Program-made: the position numbers and the translations under genes
Shown here: piece after piece, positions 25,291 through 38,109 of the stretch
Layout of the letters: every line of letters starts with the position of its first letter
How positions within the stretch are numbered: position 1 is the first letter of the stretch
From: Eledone cirrhosa
Lineage: Eukaryota
Length of the DNA: 64,000 nt
Direction of reading: 5' to 3'
Assembly (NCBI GenBank): GCA_964016885.1
Contig: OZ024763.1
Span: 15,500,001 to 15,564,000, forward strand
Notes under the pieces: model-generated
Databases searched by the model: none
The model's input: only the letters and a program-made list of their open reading frames with translations
What the model was told of the DNA's origin: nothing

Positions 25291-25341
25291 AAACCTTGGA
25301 ACCAACAAGACCAAAATGGATTATTTACCCAAAAAACGTTT

Positions 25342-25585
25342 AAGGTACATTTACCTGGAATAACTACCCATCAAAGGTAACCTTTCTTATATTTACCTGA
25401 AATAACTACACATCTACCCAACAAAGGTAACCTTTGGGCTATATTTACCTGGAATAATTACCCATCTACCCATTAAAGGCAACCTTTAGGGTATATTTTC
25501 CTGGATTAACTACCGATCTAACAATTAAAGGTAACCGTTGGGGTACATTTACCTGGATTATGTACCCAACAGAGGTGACCCACCA
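25342..25585. repeat. Degenerate minisatellite of about 50 bp (ATTTACCTGGAATAACTACCCATC...AAAGGTAACCTTT)
   Basis: 4-5 imperfect tandem units. Confidence 0.75.
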
Positions 25586-25826
25586 AAATGCAGTTGTTTG
25601 TTTCCATACAGGAGAAGCTGGCTAGTGGCACATGAGATTTGAACCACAGATGCTAACATCATCATCAACATCACTACTATAAAACTTCTGCCAACCATCA
25701 CCACCGTCACCACCATCATCATCAACAACAAGATTTTTACCCACACCTCCTGCTCTAACGAGATTGTTTTCCCTGTTTTGCCTACCTCATTACTTACCAA
25801 TTTACCTACCTGAGTTAGTCAACACT

Positions 25827-26226
25827 TTAACCCTTACATTACCATATTTCTAATGAAAGACACTGTCTATGGTTTTTTAAAACAATCAAGAATTTAGAAG
25901 ATCTCAGTAATATAACTTTCTCATTTTCAAGCTGGTACTTGGAACATAACTTAACAAAGGATCTTACCTAAAATCATGATGGAAAGTTTGTAGATAAATA
26001 CAAGCACTTTAACCCTTGTGTTATCATATTTCTAATGAAAGACACTGTCTATTATTTTCAACTAATTTGGAAAAATAATCAAGAATTTGTAAAGATTTAT
26101 TAAATACAACTAACTTTCTCATTATCAAGCTGGGACTTGGAACTTAACTTAACAAAGGTTACAAACAGTTTTATATATTATAGAAGCAGGAGCGGTTTCA
26201 GACGGGTCAGTATCTGAAGTGTTTAA
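25827..26226. mobile_element. piggyBac-like MITE remnant with a duplicated unit of about 183 bp; reverse copy at 1-180, fragment at 9620-9660
   Basis: TTAACCCT starts at about 25827 and 26010. Reverse-complement similarity to positions 1-170. Confidence 0.5.
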
Positions 26227-26253
26227 TCAAACTTGGTGCCTGTCTGATCATTG

Positions 26254-26285
<32 letters not shown>

Positions 26286-26626
26286 GTGGTTTGAAGGCTT
26301 GATGGTGGCGGTGTGATGGTTGTTACTCATACAAGCTACGTGTTAATAGTAAATGTAGCCTGCCACAGTCTTGGTGGTGGGGGTAGTGGTGGTGATGGCC
26401 GTCGTCACACATTCGTCTCATTCCATTGATGAAGGTAATTGATACACCTTTTTTCTTTCTTTCTTTCTTTCTTTCACAGACACACCTAACACACACACAC
26501 ACACACATATATATATTTAATTAGAAAGTAAACAACACAATATATAACTACTCCATTACTAATTAAATAGCTCTGTTTTATACATAGAGCCCTCTTTTTT
26601 CCTTTGCTATTTCTTCGGAGTTACCT

Positions 26627-26683
<57 letters not shown>

Positions 26684-26686
<3 letters not shown>

Positions 26687-27082
26687 GAAGTTATATTTAA
26701 TTTGTTGGGATCCCAACAAGCTTAAAAGTTTATAACTGATATAAAGCACTCAACAGTTTACTGGAGTAAATATTCAATATATTAATAAATGGAAACTATA
26801 TTTATAAAACCATAATTATTTTATTATATATATTTCAAGGGCAACCAAGGCAATCTTGGTGCGCTTTCATCAGATAAAATACAAGATTTGTTTTATAAGT
26901 AAAACACCATCCAGCGAACTTTTAACCGTCAAGGTTGTTTTTCCACGGTTATGTCAATATTTATAAAACAAATCTTGTATTTTATCTGATGAAAGCGCAC
27001 CAAGATTGCCTTGGTTGCCCTTGAAATATATATAATAAAATAATTATGGTTTTTATAAATATAGTTTCCATTTATTAATATA

Positions 27083-27084
<2 letters not shown>
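26684..27084. mobile_element. Family A hammerhead fold-back element in (TA)n (tail 26684-26775, arms about 26779-26897 / 26960-27082)
   Basis: Near-perfect inverted repeat of about 120 bp with a hammerhead in each arm. Five related copies in the window. Confidence 0.88.
26978..27042 (+). ncRNA. Minimal type I hammerhead ribozyme (mirror copy 26817-26881 on the minus strand)
   Basis: TATTTTAT-CTGATGA-AAGCGCACCAAGATTGCCTTGGTTGCCCTT-GAAA-TATATA-TA-ATAAAATA. 8-bp stem I and palindromic stem III. Confidence 0.85.
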
Positions 27085-27126
<42 letters not shown>

Positions 27127-27156
27127 CTATATATATATCTTAGGTGTGTAACTACA

Positions 27157-27195
<39 letters not shown>

Positions 27196-27469
27196 TATAT
27201 AAGTATACATTTCGTTTCATTTTTTCCATTTATATATATATATATATGTGTGTGTGTTTGTGTGTATATATGTATATATATATATATATATATAAACAAA
27301 GAGGGTGTGGTAAGATACCAGGTGGACCATAACGCACCAGAGTACTCAATACTTAGGGTAGTAGAGTGGGTAATAGGAAGAGAGTCAGGACCCCGACGGC
27401 TGAGCTCCAGCTGTTTCGATAGCTAGATCCGAACTAAGCCACCAGTATATATGCATGCATCTATCTATC

Positions 27470-27505
<36 letters not shown>

Positions 27506-27663
27506 GTACTTAAGTATATATAAATATATGCATATATATATATATATAATTGGTGTGGGATGCTTAAAGTGTCTGTATGCGGTAGGCCGTTTGAGCACTC
27601 AATGCTCTTACAGAGCAGAGTATAATATCACATAGTATAATATCACAGAGTATAATATCATAT

Positions 27664-27728
<65 letters not shown>

Positions 27729-27734
27729 AGATAT

Positions 27735-28242
27735 ATATAATCAAGGTTTAGCAAATAATGAAAACGTTTAAAAATAAATTTTGAAAAAATTAACTTTACT
27801 TACTATAGTTACCTTTACCGAATCGGTTTCGAATCTCAAAAATAAACGGAGACCATACGGCCTTCGTTGCAAAGAAAGATTCTCGTCAGAAGGTTCTTTT
27901 CATTCGAAGAAAATAAAATTCTTGAATTTAAATTACGAACTAGCGCTATCCAAAACTGTTCCCGAGATGAGAGTAAATGAAGTGGAATCAATTTTTTCAA
28001 GGGCCGAAGTAAAGATAGAGGCAGAGGGAGGTAGGTCAATCGGCCACCACTATCGCTAGCAGCAGTCGGAACGACCAAATTTTTTCTCAACATAGAGGAG
28101 AATAGTAATAATAGGATATGTGTTCCTACACGCACAAGGCGCTAAGGGACACATGTATTGTCCAACCATATGCCAATGGGGTTCAATGGCAGGTTAATAA
28201 ATTAACGAGCCAGAACATATATAATCAAGGTTTAGCAAATAT
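27735..28242 (-). mobile_element. Hammerhead-bearing unit of about 485 nt with 23-bp terminal direct repeats (retrozyme-like / solo PLE pLTR)
   Basis: ATATAATCAAGGTTTAGCAAATA at both ends, inside (TA)n. No credible ORF. Confidence 0.7.
27811..27894 (-). ncRNA. Canonical type I hammerhead ribozyme
   Basis: Minus strand reads ACCTT-CTGACGA-GAATCT...AGATTC-GAAA-CCG ATT CGG-TA-AAGGT. All three stems pair and the cleavage triplet is GUA. Confidence 0.88.
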
Positions 28243-28355
28243 ATATATATATTGATGTGGTGGGTGTGCCCGGACCGTATATGGAAAATGTGTGCAGGAT
28301 CGCACCTCGAGCTGTCCACCGGGGAAACAATTGTAACACACAATAAATTGAGTTT

Positions 28356-28508
<153 letters not shown>

Positions 28509-28703
28509 ACAAAGGGGTTGTGGTAAGGAACCAGATGGATCATAATGCATCAGAGTACTCAATACTTAGAGTAGTAGAGTGGGTAATAGGAGAAAGTATG
28601 ACCCCAACGGCAGAGCTTAAGCCGTTTCGACGGCTATTCCTGGACTCCAGAAATAGCCGTCGAAACGGCTTGAGCTCTGCTGTCGGGGTCATACTTTCTC
28701 CTA
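28509..28703. mobile_element. Family B fold-back insert in (TA)n (arms 28586-28638 / 28650-28703); relatives at 27296-27446 and 53938-54115
   Basis: Shared tail CAGAGTACTCAATACTTAGRGTAGTAGAGTGGGTAATA. The arms carry a hammerhead-like 3' half (CGAAACRGCT). Confidence 0.8.
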
Positions 28704-29307
28704 TATATATTTATTAAAATAACAGATTAAAGTTTAAGCAAAGAATCGCTGCTTTCACCCTTAACGGGATCTTCTGAAACTCTACGGTTCTTATATATTT
28801 TATATATATTTATCCTTATCGAGCCCTCTTTGGATTTTAGTCTTCAAATTTATTATTATTACTATATATATATATATAGGTATATGGAAAACAACCAACC
28901 AAGCAAACAATACAGTACATTTAATTGGCAGTAGTGAATGTCACAAATGAGTGATTAACTAATTTTGAAACAGCTACTAAAATATCTGTGACATGTTCAC
29001 AGAATAAAGAATAAAAAATATTTTGTTTTTTTTCTTAACGAAAAATATGTTTTCTTTGAGAGGGAGGCTCCCATGTGTTTATTGTACGTAAACATATCAC
29101 ATACGTGTTTATAGATACACCTGTTAGAATATAGTACTATGAAGGTGTCATCATCATAATTGTTTAACACTTAACCATTTACATAAACTATTAGCATTCT
29201 ATATATACTATTGTATTTTCACTGTAAAGACTTTATCTCACATAATATTGAATCTATGAGATTTTGATATTATTTATTTTGAGAACAATGCCTTAAAATA
29301 AATACAA

Positions 29308-29829
29308 GTGGCCAGTTATGGCTGGTTTGAACAGAAAGAGGTGAGAGAATTCTGGCCAGTTATGGCTGGTTTGAACAGAAAGAGGTGAGAGAATTCTGGC
29401 CAGTTACAGCCAGTTTCATCAGAAAGAGGTGAGAGAATTCTGGCCGGTTACAGCCAGTTTCATCAGAAAGGGGTGAGAGAATTCTGGCTGGTTACAGCCA
29501 GTTTCAACAGAATGTGGTGAGAGAATTCTGGCCGGTTACAGCCAGTTTCATCAGAAAGAGGTGAGAGAATTCTGGCCGGTTACAGCCAGTTTCATCAGAA
29601 AGGGGTGAGAGAATTCTGGCTGGTTACAGCCAGTTTCATCAGAAAGAGGTGAGAGAATTCTGGCCGGTTACAGCCAGTTTCATCAGAAAGGGGTGAGAGA
29701 ATTCTGGCTGGTTACAGCCAGTTTCAACAGAATGTGGTGAGAGAATTCTGGCTGGCTACAGCCAGTTTCATCAGAAAGGGGTGAGAGAATTCTGGCTGGA
29801 TACGGCCAGTTTAAATGCTAAAGAGTTAA
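29308..29829. repeat. 44-bp minisatellite (about 11 copies) ending in a piggyBac-like MITE terminus
   Basis: Unit CTGGCCAGTTACAGCCAGTTTCATCAGAAAGAGGTGAGAGAATT. The array ends GTTTAAATGCTAAAGAGTTAA. Confidence 0.88.
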
Positions 29830-30528
29830 CGTTCATTTTCCACGCTTGCATGGGTTAAACAGGTTGTCACATTATGAGACAAGCTAGTCCCAGAGACTAC
29901 ATCTTGCTCATATGCTTGTGTGTTTTGGCTTGGTTTCTATGGCTAGATGATCCTCCAAACACATTACAGTGTGGACTAGGTACTTTATATCATGGCATTG
30001 ATACAGCCACTCTACAGTGTGGACTGGGTACATATACATATATATATGACCCATCGAAACCGGTCATTTTTTATACCCTTTATTATTTCCTTACCTTATA
30101 AAATTATGTTTTTTCACAAAAAAGTATTCTGTCTCTTATATATTCCATGTGCCATTACCAACCTCAATTTTCTCTATATATGTATATATATACATATATA
30201 TACATATATATGTATACATATGTATATATGTATACATATGTATATATATGTATTTTTGACTAAAGAAATTTTAGCCTGATAATGGGGTTTTAGAACCCTC
30301 AAATAAATGGAAAAAGATGAGTATTGACGTACAAGTCAAAAATACGGTGAAAGCTTCTATTTCTAATTTCAAACTTGCTCACTGTTTCAAAACATACTTA
30401 CTTATATATATATATATATGTATATATATGTATATATGTATATACATATATTTATATGTATATATATATATGTATATATGTATATACATATATATATATG
30501 TATATATGTATATACACTTTCTAATACA

Positions 30529-30563
<35 letters not shown>

Positions 30564-30750
30564 GTATATACATATATACATATAAATATGTATATACATA
30601 TATATATGTATATACATATATATATATGTATATACATATATACATATAGATATGTATATACATATATATATGTATATACATATATACATATATATATGTA
30701 TATACATATATACATATAGATATGTATATACATATATATATGTATATATG

Positions 30751-30829
<79 letters not shown>

Positions 30830-30839
30830 CATCATCATC

Positions 30840-31640
30840 ATCCATAAAATGTCGCAATGCAGATCTTGGGTACACAAGAGGTGTAGTGGGATAGCAGGCA
30901 AACTGACAGGTAGGGAAAACTACGTATGCAGTAGATGTATAGGGAAAGTTGGTAGTAGTAATAGCAGTGATAGACACATTTTTCCAATGCAGGTGGGTTC
31001 TATAGAAGTGGTTGATAGCTTCCGGTACCTAGGTGATCAGATTAGCATGGGAGGGGCGGGGGGGGGGGGGGTTCCGTGGCCATAGTATCTAGAATAAGGA
31101 CAGGTTGGAAGAAGTTTAGGGAGCTGCTTCCTCTGTTGACAAAGAAGGGTTTCTCCCTGCATATGAAAGGCCGGTTATATGATGCCTGTGTGAGATGCGC
31201 GATGCTGCATGGTAGTGAGACGTGGGCAGCAACTGCATAGGATATGCGACGGCTGGAGAGAAATGAAGCAAGCATGCTCCATTGGATGTGCAATGTCAAT
31301 GTGCATGAACAACAAAGCATAGACGAGTTGAGAGATAAACTGGGTATAAGAGGGATAAGTTGTGGTGTGCAGGAGAGAAGGTTGTAATGGTATGGACATG
31401 TGATGCGCATGGAGGATGACCGCTGGGTAAAGAAGTGCCAAGAAATCCCAGTAGAAGGAAGACGCAGTAGAGGTAGACCACGAAAAACATGGGCAGAGGT
31501 GGTATGAGCAGACCTCAGATTTCTGAAGCTCACGGAGATGATGAAGGACCGTGACGAATGGAGAGATGCCATGCTTAATAAGACCCGTCCCACCCTTGCA
31601 AGCAGGGAAAAGTGGACGTAAAATGATGATGATGATGATG
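30840..31640 (+). pseudogene. 5'-truncated RTE LINE with (ATG)n tail
   Basis: [14 protein letters not shown]...FRYLGDQI...; 3' end CCCACCCTTGCAAGCAGGGAAAAGTGGACGTAAAATGATG. Confidence 0.87.
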
Positions 31641-31641
31641 A

Positions 31642-31955
31642 TATATGTATGTATATATATATGTATATATATATGTGTATATATATATATGTATATATAT
31701 ATATGTATATATATATATATGTATATATATATGTGTATATATATATATATGTATATGTATATATATATATATGTATGTATATGTATACATATATATATGT
31801 ATATATATGTATATATATATATGTATACATATATATATGTATATATATGTATATATATATATGTATATATATATATGTATATATATATATGTATATATAT
31901 ATATGTATATATATATATGTATATATGTATATATATATATGTATATGTATATATG

Positions 31956-31987
<32 letters not shown>

Positions 31988-32037
31988 TATGTATATGTAT
32001 ATATGTATATATATGTATATATATATATGTATATATG

Positions 32038-32106
<69 letters not shown>

Positions 32107-32135
32107 GTATATATATATATGTATATATATATATG

Positions 32136-32166
<31 letters not shown>

Positions 32167-32207
32167 GTGTATATATATATGTATATATATATATGTATAT
32201 ATATATG

Positions 32208-32238
<31 letters not shown>

Positions 32239-32451
32239 GTATATATATATATGTATATATATATGTATATGTATATATATATATATGTATTTATATATAT
32301 ATGTATTTATATATATATGTATTTATATATATATGTATATATATATATATATGTATATATATATGTATATGTATATATATATGTATATGTATATATATAT
32401 ATATGTATTTATATATATATGTATATATATATATATATGCATATATATATG

Positions 32452-32484
<33 letters not shown>

Positions 32485-32497
32485 GCATATATATATG

Positions 32498-32531
<34 letters not shown>

Positions 32532-32637
32532 TGTGTATATATATATATGTATATATGTATGTATATATATATGTATATATATATGTATATATATATGTAT
32601 ATATATATATATGTATATATATATGTATATATATATG

Positions 32638-32684
<47 letters not shown>

Positions 32685-32691
32685 GTATATG

Positions 32692-32770
<79 letters not shown>

Positions 32771-32777
32771 GTATATG

Positions 32778-32824
<47 letters not shown>

Positions 32825-32865
32825 GTATATATATATATGTATATATATGTATATATATATATATG

Positions 32866-32896
<31 letters not shown>

Positions 32897-32979
32897 GTAT
32901 ATGTATATATATGTATATATATATATATGTATATATATATATGTATATATATGTATATATATGTATATATATATATATG

Positions 32980-33024
<45 letters not shown>

Positions 33025-33075
33025 GTATATATATATATATATGTATATGTATATATATGTATATGTATATATATG

Positions 33076-33106
<31 letters not shown>

Positions 33107-33143
33107 GTATATATATATATGTATATGTATATGTATATATATG

Positions 33144-33174
<31 letters not shown>

Positions 33175-34026
33175 GTATATATATATATGTATATATATAT
33201 GTATATATATATGTATATATATTTATGTATATATATATATGTATATATATGTATATATATATGTATATATATATATTTGTATAGGAGGAAATTATAGTTC
33301 ACTTGAAGCATTGTGTAATGAGGTATAAACATTTGAATTAGTAAAGCCAAACAATGCAGGTATGGACATAGAAAAAAAATGCAAATGCAAAAGATATTGT
33401 TGACAATTAGTCTTTTACCTTAGATTTATGTAAATGTCCTTAATTTTCAAGATAATATCACTTCTAAATAGCTTGCCAAGTCACTTGACTTGGCAAGCTA
33501 TTTAGAACACTGGTTTAACCGCTTTACTTCCCTCCGAAGAAGAGATATTATCTCGAAAATTAAGGACATTTAAATAAATCTAAGGTAAAAGACTAATTGT
33601 CAATGATATCTTTTGCATTTGCATTTTTATTCTATGTCCATACCTGCATTGTTTGGCTTTACTAATTCAAATGTTTATATATATGTATAGATATATGTAT
33701 ATATATATATGTATATATATGTATATATATGTGTGTATATATATATATATATGTTTATATATATATATGTTTATATATATATATGTGTATATATATATAT
33801 ATGTTTATATATATATATGTTTATATATAATATATATATGTTTATATATATATATGTTTATATATATATATATATGTTTATATATATATATGTTTATATA
33901 TATATATATATATGTTTATATATATATATATATGTTTATATATATATATATATGTATATATATGTATATATATGTATATATATATATGTTTATATATATA
34001 TATGTTTATATATATATATATATGTT

Positions 34027-34057
<31 letters not shown>

Positions 34058-34348
34058 GTATATATATATATGTATATATATGTATATATATATATGTATA
34101 TATATGTATATATATGTATATATATATATGTATATATATGTATATATATATATGTATATATATGTGTATATATATGTATATATATATATGTATATATATG
34201 TATATATATATATGTATATATATGTATATATATATATGTATATATATATATGTATATATATGTATATATATATATGTATATATATGTGTATATATATGTA
34301 TATATATATGTATATATATATATGTATATATATGTATATGTATATATG

Positions 34349-34381
<33 letters not shown>

Positions 34382-34716
34382 GTGTATATATATATATATA
34401 TGTGTATATATATATGTATATATATATATGTGTATATATATATATATATGTGTATATATATATGTATATATATATATGTGTATATATATATATATGTGTA
34501 TATATATATGTATATATATGTGTATATATATATATATATGTATATATGTATATGTATATATATGTGTATATATATATATATATGTATATATGTATATGTA
34601 TATATATGTGTATATATATATATATATGTATATATGTATATGTATATATATGTGTATATATATATATATATGTATATATGTATATATATATATATATGTA
34701 TATGTATATATAAGTG

Positions 34717-34778
<62 letters not shown>

Positions 34779-35280
34779 TATGTGTATATATTCATATGTA
34801 TATTTATATGTATATATATATGCATATATATATGTATATATATATATATATGTGTATATATTCATATGTATATTTATATGTATATATATATGCATATATA
34901 TATGTATATATATATATATGTGTATATATATATGCATATATATATGTATATATATATATATGTGTATATATTCATATGTATATTTATATGTATATATATA
35001 TGCATATATATATGTATATATATATATATGTGTATATATTCATATGTATATTTATATGTACATATATATGCATATACATATGCATATATATATGCATATA
35101 TATATATATATATGTATATATATGTATGTATTTATGTATATAGGTATATATATATGTATATATATGTATATATATTTGTATATGTATGTATTTGTGAATA
35201 TAAGTATATATATATATGTATTTAGATTTGTATATATATGATATGTATATATATTTGTATATGTATTTGTGTATATATAT
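31642..35280. repeat. Very long (TA)n/(TATG) microsatellite split by an insert at 33282-33679
   Basis: Direct reading. Source of the spurious Y/I/M-rich ORFs. Confidence 0.97.
33282..33679. mobile_element. Fold-back insert (arms about 33324-33465 / 33537-33679) with nested 22-bp perfect hairpin and hammerhead-like motif 33531-33565 (+)
   Basis: Inverted repeat of about 140 bp. Motif CCT-CCGAAGA-A-GAGATA T TATCTC-GAAA-AT-TA-AGG. Confidence 0.82.
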
Positions 35281-35504
35281 CATTTCATCATCATTTCATT
35301 TTACGTCCGCTTTTTCCTTGCTTGCAAGGGTGGGACGGGAACTGATTCTGACTTGATTTCTACAGCTGGATGCCCTTCCTAACACCAAGCTCATTTACAG
35401 TGAGTGCTGGGTGCTTTTTTGCCGTGGCACCTCCACGACCACTTTGCAGTGGAATGATATATATACGTATATATATGTTTGTATATATATATATATATGT
35501 ATGT

Positions 35505-36110
35505 CAGGTCACCACTTGGTGCTACTGGTAACATGTATCCCAGTACAACCTGTTTCATGGTCGGGTCATTGGCGACTAAACTGGCAACCCCACTAAGGTT
35601 TCTTGGTGAGGAGGGTGACTTTGGACATCCTGCAGGACTAAAAACAAAACCTGTCAAAGGGCAAAGGAGCTCTTAAGAGTCAATGGCCATCCAAAATCAC
35701 CGGGAGAGATGACCCCTTAGCCTTTGTCAAGGCAGAATTCTAGGAGAAGGAAAACTCTGATATAACACCTGCAACCCTGATGGTATCCAATGATGTTGAC
35801 TTGTTCTTCTTTTTGGTAAATATTGTCTTGGTTAAGAGAGTGGGACTGGCTTTGTGCAGTGCCTTTGCTCACTATAAAAGCTTCACGGCACAGGCATTGC
35901 TATATATCTGGAGATCTCTCTGCACTTGTCGTCACGTGGTACCATGGGCCCAGCACTATGTGTCAATAATTGTCACAAGTGTAGTGTTTGTACTAGAGTT
36001 TTCAAGTCGCTGGCTGGACTAAAAAGTCACACTCGTTCAGCGCATCGGTAGGGGTTCTCCTACATGGATTTAAAGTAGTGGCCGTACTCGAAAACGAGTT
36101 GGCAGCCACC
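35505..36110 (+). mobile_element. Probable RTE-type LINE 5' UTR segment; 35709-36110 is repeated at 37447-37850
   Basis: GGAGAAGGAAAACTCTGAT motif typical of RTE leaders. Near-identical direct copy of about 400 bp. Confidence 0.5.
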
Positions 36111-36173
36111 ATATGTATGTATGTATGTGTATATATATATATATATATGTGTGTGTGTATGTATATATGTATA

Positions 36174-36214
<41 letters not shown>

Positions 36215-36695
36215 ATGTATATATATATATGTGTGTGTATATGTATATGTGTGTATGTATATATGTATGTATATGTGTGTGTGTGTATGTATATATATGT
36301 CACGAACTACTGCTATGGTTTTGGTGATAGACCCACATAACCATATATATTCTGAAACTACATTGCCCAGGGTACTTGGATAAGTATATTTCATTTTAAT
36401 CAAAGGGTTCCCCGGGGGCACAAACCCCCGCTGAAAATGTTTTCCCTTCGATTTATATGAAATTTAAACCATAGGTAAATGACAAGATATGGTGCCTATT
36501 CACAAGATATTCACAAGATGTACCTATTCACAAGATATGGTGCCTATTCCCAAAATTTCAGCAAATTTCAATAATATTAAGACACCCTAATGGAGTTTTT
36601 CTCCATAAATTATAGCACTGATTTAAAATCAATCATCATTTTCTTACAAAAAAAAATGTGAAACACAGGAAGGCGCAGGTAATTCGGCTAGTATG

Positions 36696-36726
<31 letters not shown>

Positions 36727-36727
<1 letters not shown>

Positions 36728-37295
36728 AAAAAAGTGCAGGGCGATCAAAATTGAGGGAAGTTACAGAGTAGGCAGACCCAGAAAAACTTGGGACGATTTG
36801 ATAAATTCCGACCTTACACACTTACACCTCTCTAAGACAATGTCACTGGACCGAGATCTTTGGCGCTACGCAGTAATACAGAAGACCTGCCTTGCCTAAG
36901 TACAAAGCGAAACCTACAGTCAGTAGGCACCTATTAATCAAATATACACCCCCATCCCACTACCCCAACTACCCCACCCATATCAAGCCTTCCCCTTTCT
37001 CTGTAAAGTTATGTTGGTACCACAACATCCAGTCCTAAATAAATGAGGTTGTGTAGGTGTCACAACAAAAAATCACACAGTCCACGCTGTAATGTTGCCG
37101 TGTAGGTAACACGGTAAAAACCTCCCAGTCCACACTGTAAACGTGGTTGGTGTTAGGAAGGGCATCCAGCCGTAGAAAACATGCCAGACAGTCCTATACG
37201 ACCGAGACGACCAATCTTGCCTCAAGTGGGACAATTCCCGTCTAAACCCATGCTAGCGTGGAAGGTGGACGTTAAACGATGATGATGATGATGAT
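36727..37295 (+). pseudogene. RTE LINE 3' end with long 3' UTR and (GAT)n tail
   Basis: KKCRAIKI...GRPRKTWDDLINSDL. Homologous to 51455-52060. Confidence 0.8.
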
Positions 37296-38109
37296 GTGTG
37301 TATGTATATATGTATATATATATATGTGTGTATGTATATGTGAGTGTATGTATATATGTATGTATATGTGTGTGTGTGTATGTATATATATATGTATATA
37401 TATATATGTGTGTGTATGTATATACATATGTATGCATATATATGTGATGACCCCTTAGTCTTTGTCAAGGCAGAATTCTAGGAGAAGGAAAACTCTGATA
37501 TAACACCTGCAACCCTGATGGTATCCAATGATGTTGACTTGTTCTTCTTTTTGGTAAATATCATCTTGGTTAAGAGAGTGGGACTGGCTTTGTGCAGTGC
37601 CTTTGCTCACTATAAAAGCTTCACGGCACAGGCATTGCTTTATATCTGGAGATCTCTCTGCCCTTGTCGTCACATGGTACCATGGGCCCAGCACTATGTG
37701 TCAATAATTGTCACAAGTGTAGTGTTTGTACCAGAGTTTTCAAGTCGCTGGCTGGACTAAAAAGTCACACTCGTTCAGCGCATCGGTAGGGGTTCTCCTA
37801 CATGGATATAAAGTAGTGGCCGTACTCGAAAACGAGTTGGCAGCCACCATATATATGTGTGTATGTATGTATGTGTGTGTGTATATATAAACAAGCGGCT
37901 TCCACTCAGATTCTGCCTACCAAATTGGTCAGTCTGAGACCATAATGGAAGAGACTTGACTAAAGTGCCAAACCATGAGATTGAACCCAGAATCAACATC
38001 AAATGGGTTACCATGACAACAGCAGTCTCCCAAGAGGTCTTTTAATGGGAGATAAGTGTCCGGTAATAGAGGAGTGTTTGTTAGTGACTAATTAGTCTTG
38101 ATGTTGTTG

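Noticed and set aside
23783-25380. Poly-L/M, poly-T/N/H ORFs (also 20173-21115, 38113-39857, 60634-61363)
   Set aside because: Trinucleotide low-complexity repeats are open in several frames on both strands and show no domain signal.
28712-28790. Hammerhead-like motif on the minus strand (CAGAAGA...GAAA), related to 54885-54940
   Set aside because: The core is mutated and stems I and III do not pair convincingly. It is treated only as another TA-embedded repeat.
31551-35283. Long ORFs of 300-577 aa rich in Y/I/M/C
   Set aside because: They are translations of (TA)n/(TATG) microsatellite, which lacks stop codons.
35505-35600. HDV-like ribozyme in the RTE-type leader
   Set aside because: P1 and P1.1 could not be assigned by eye.
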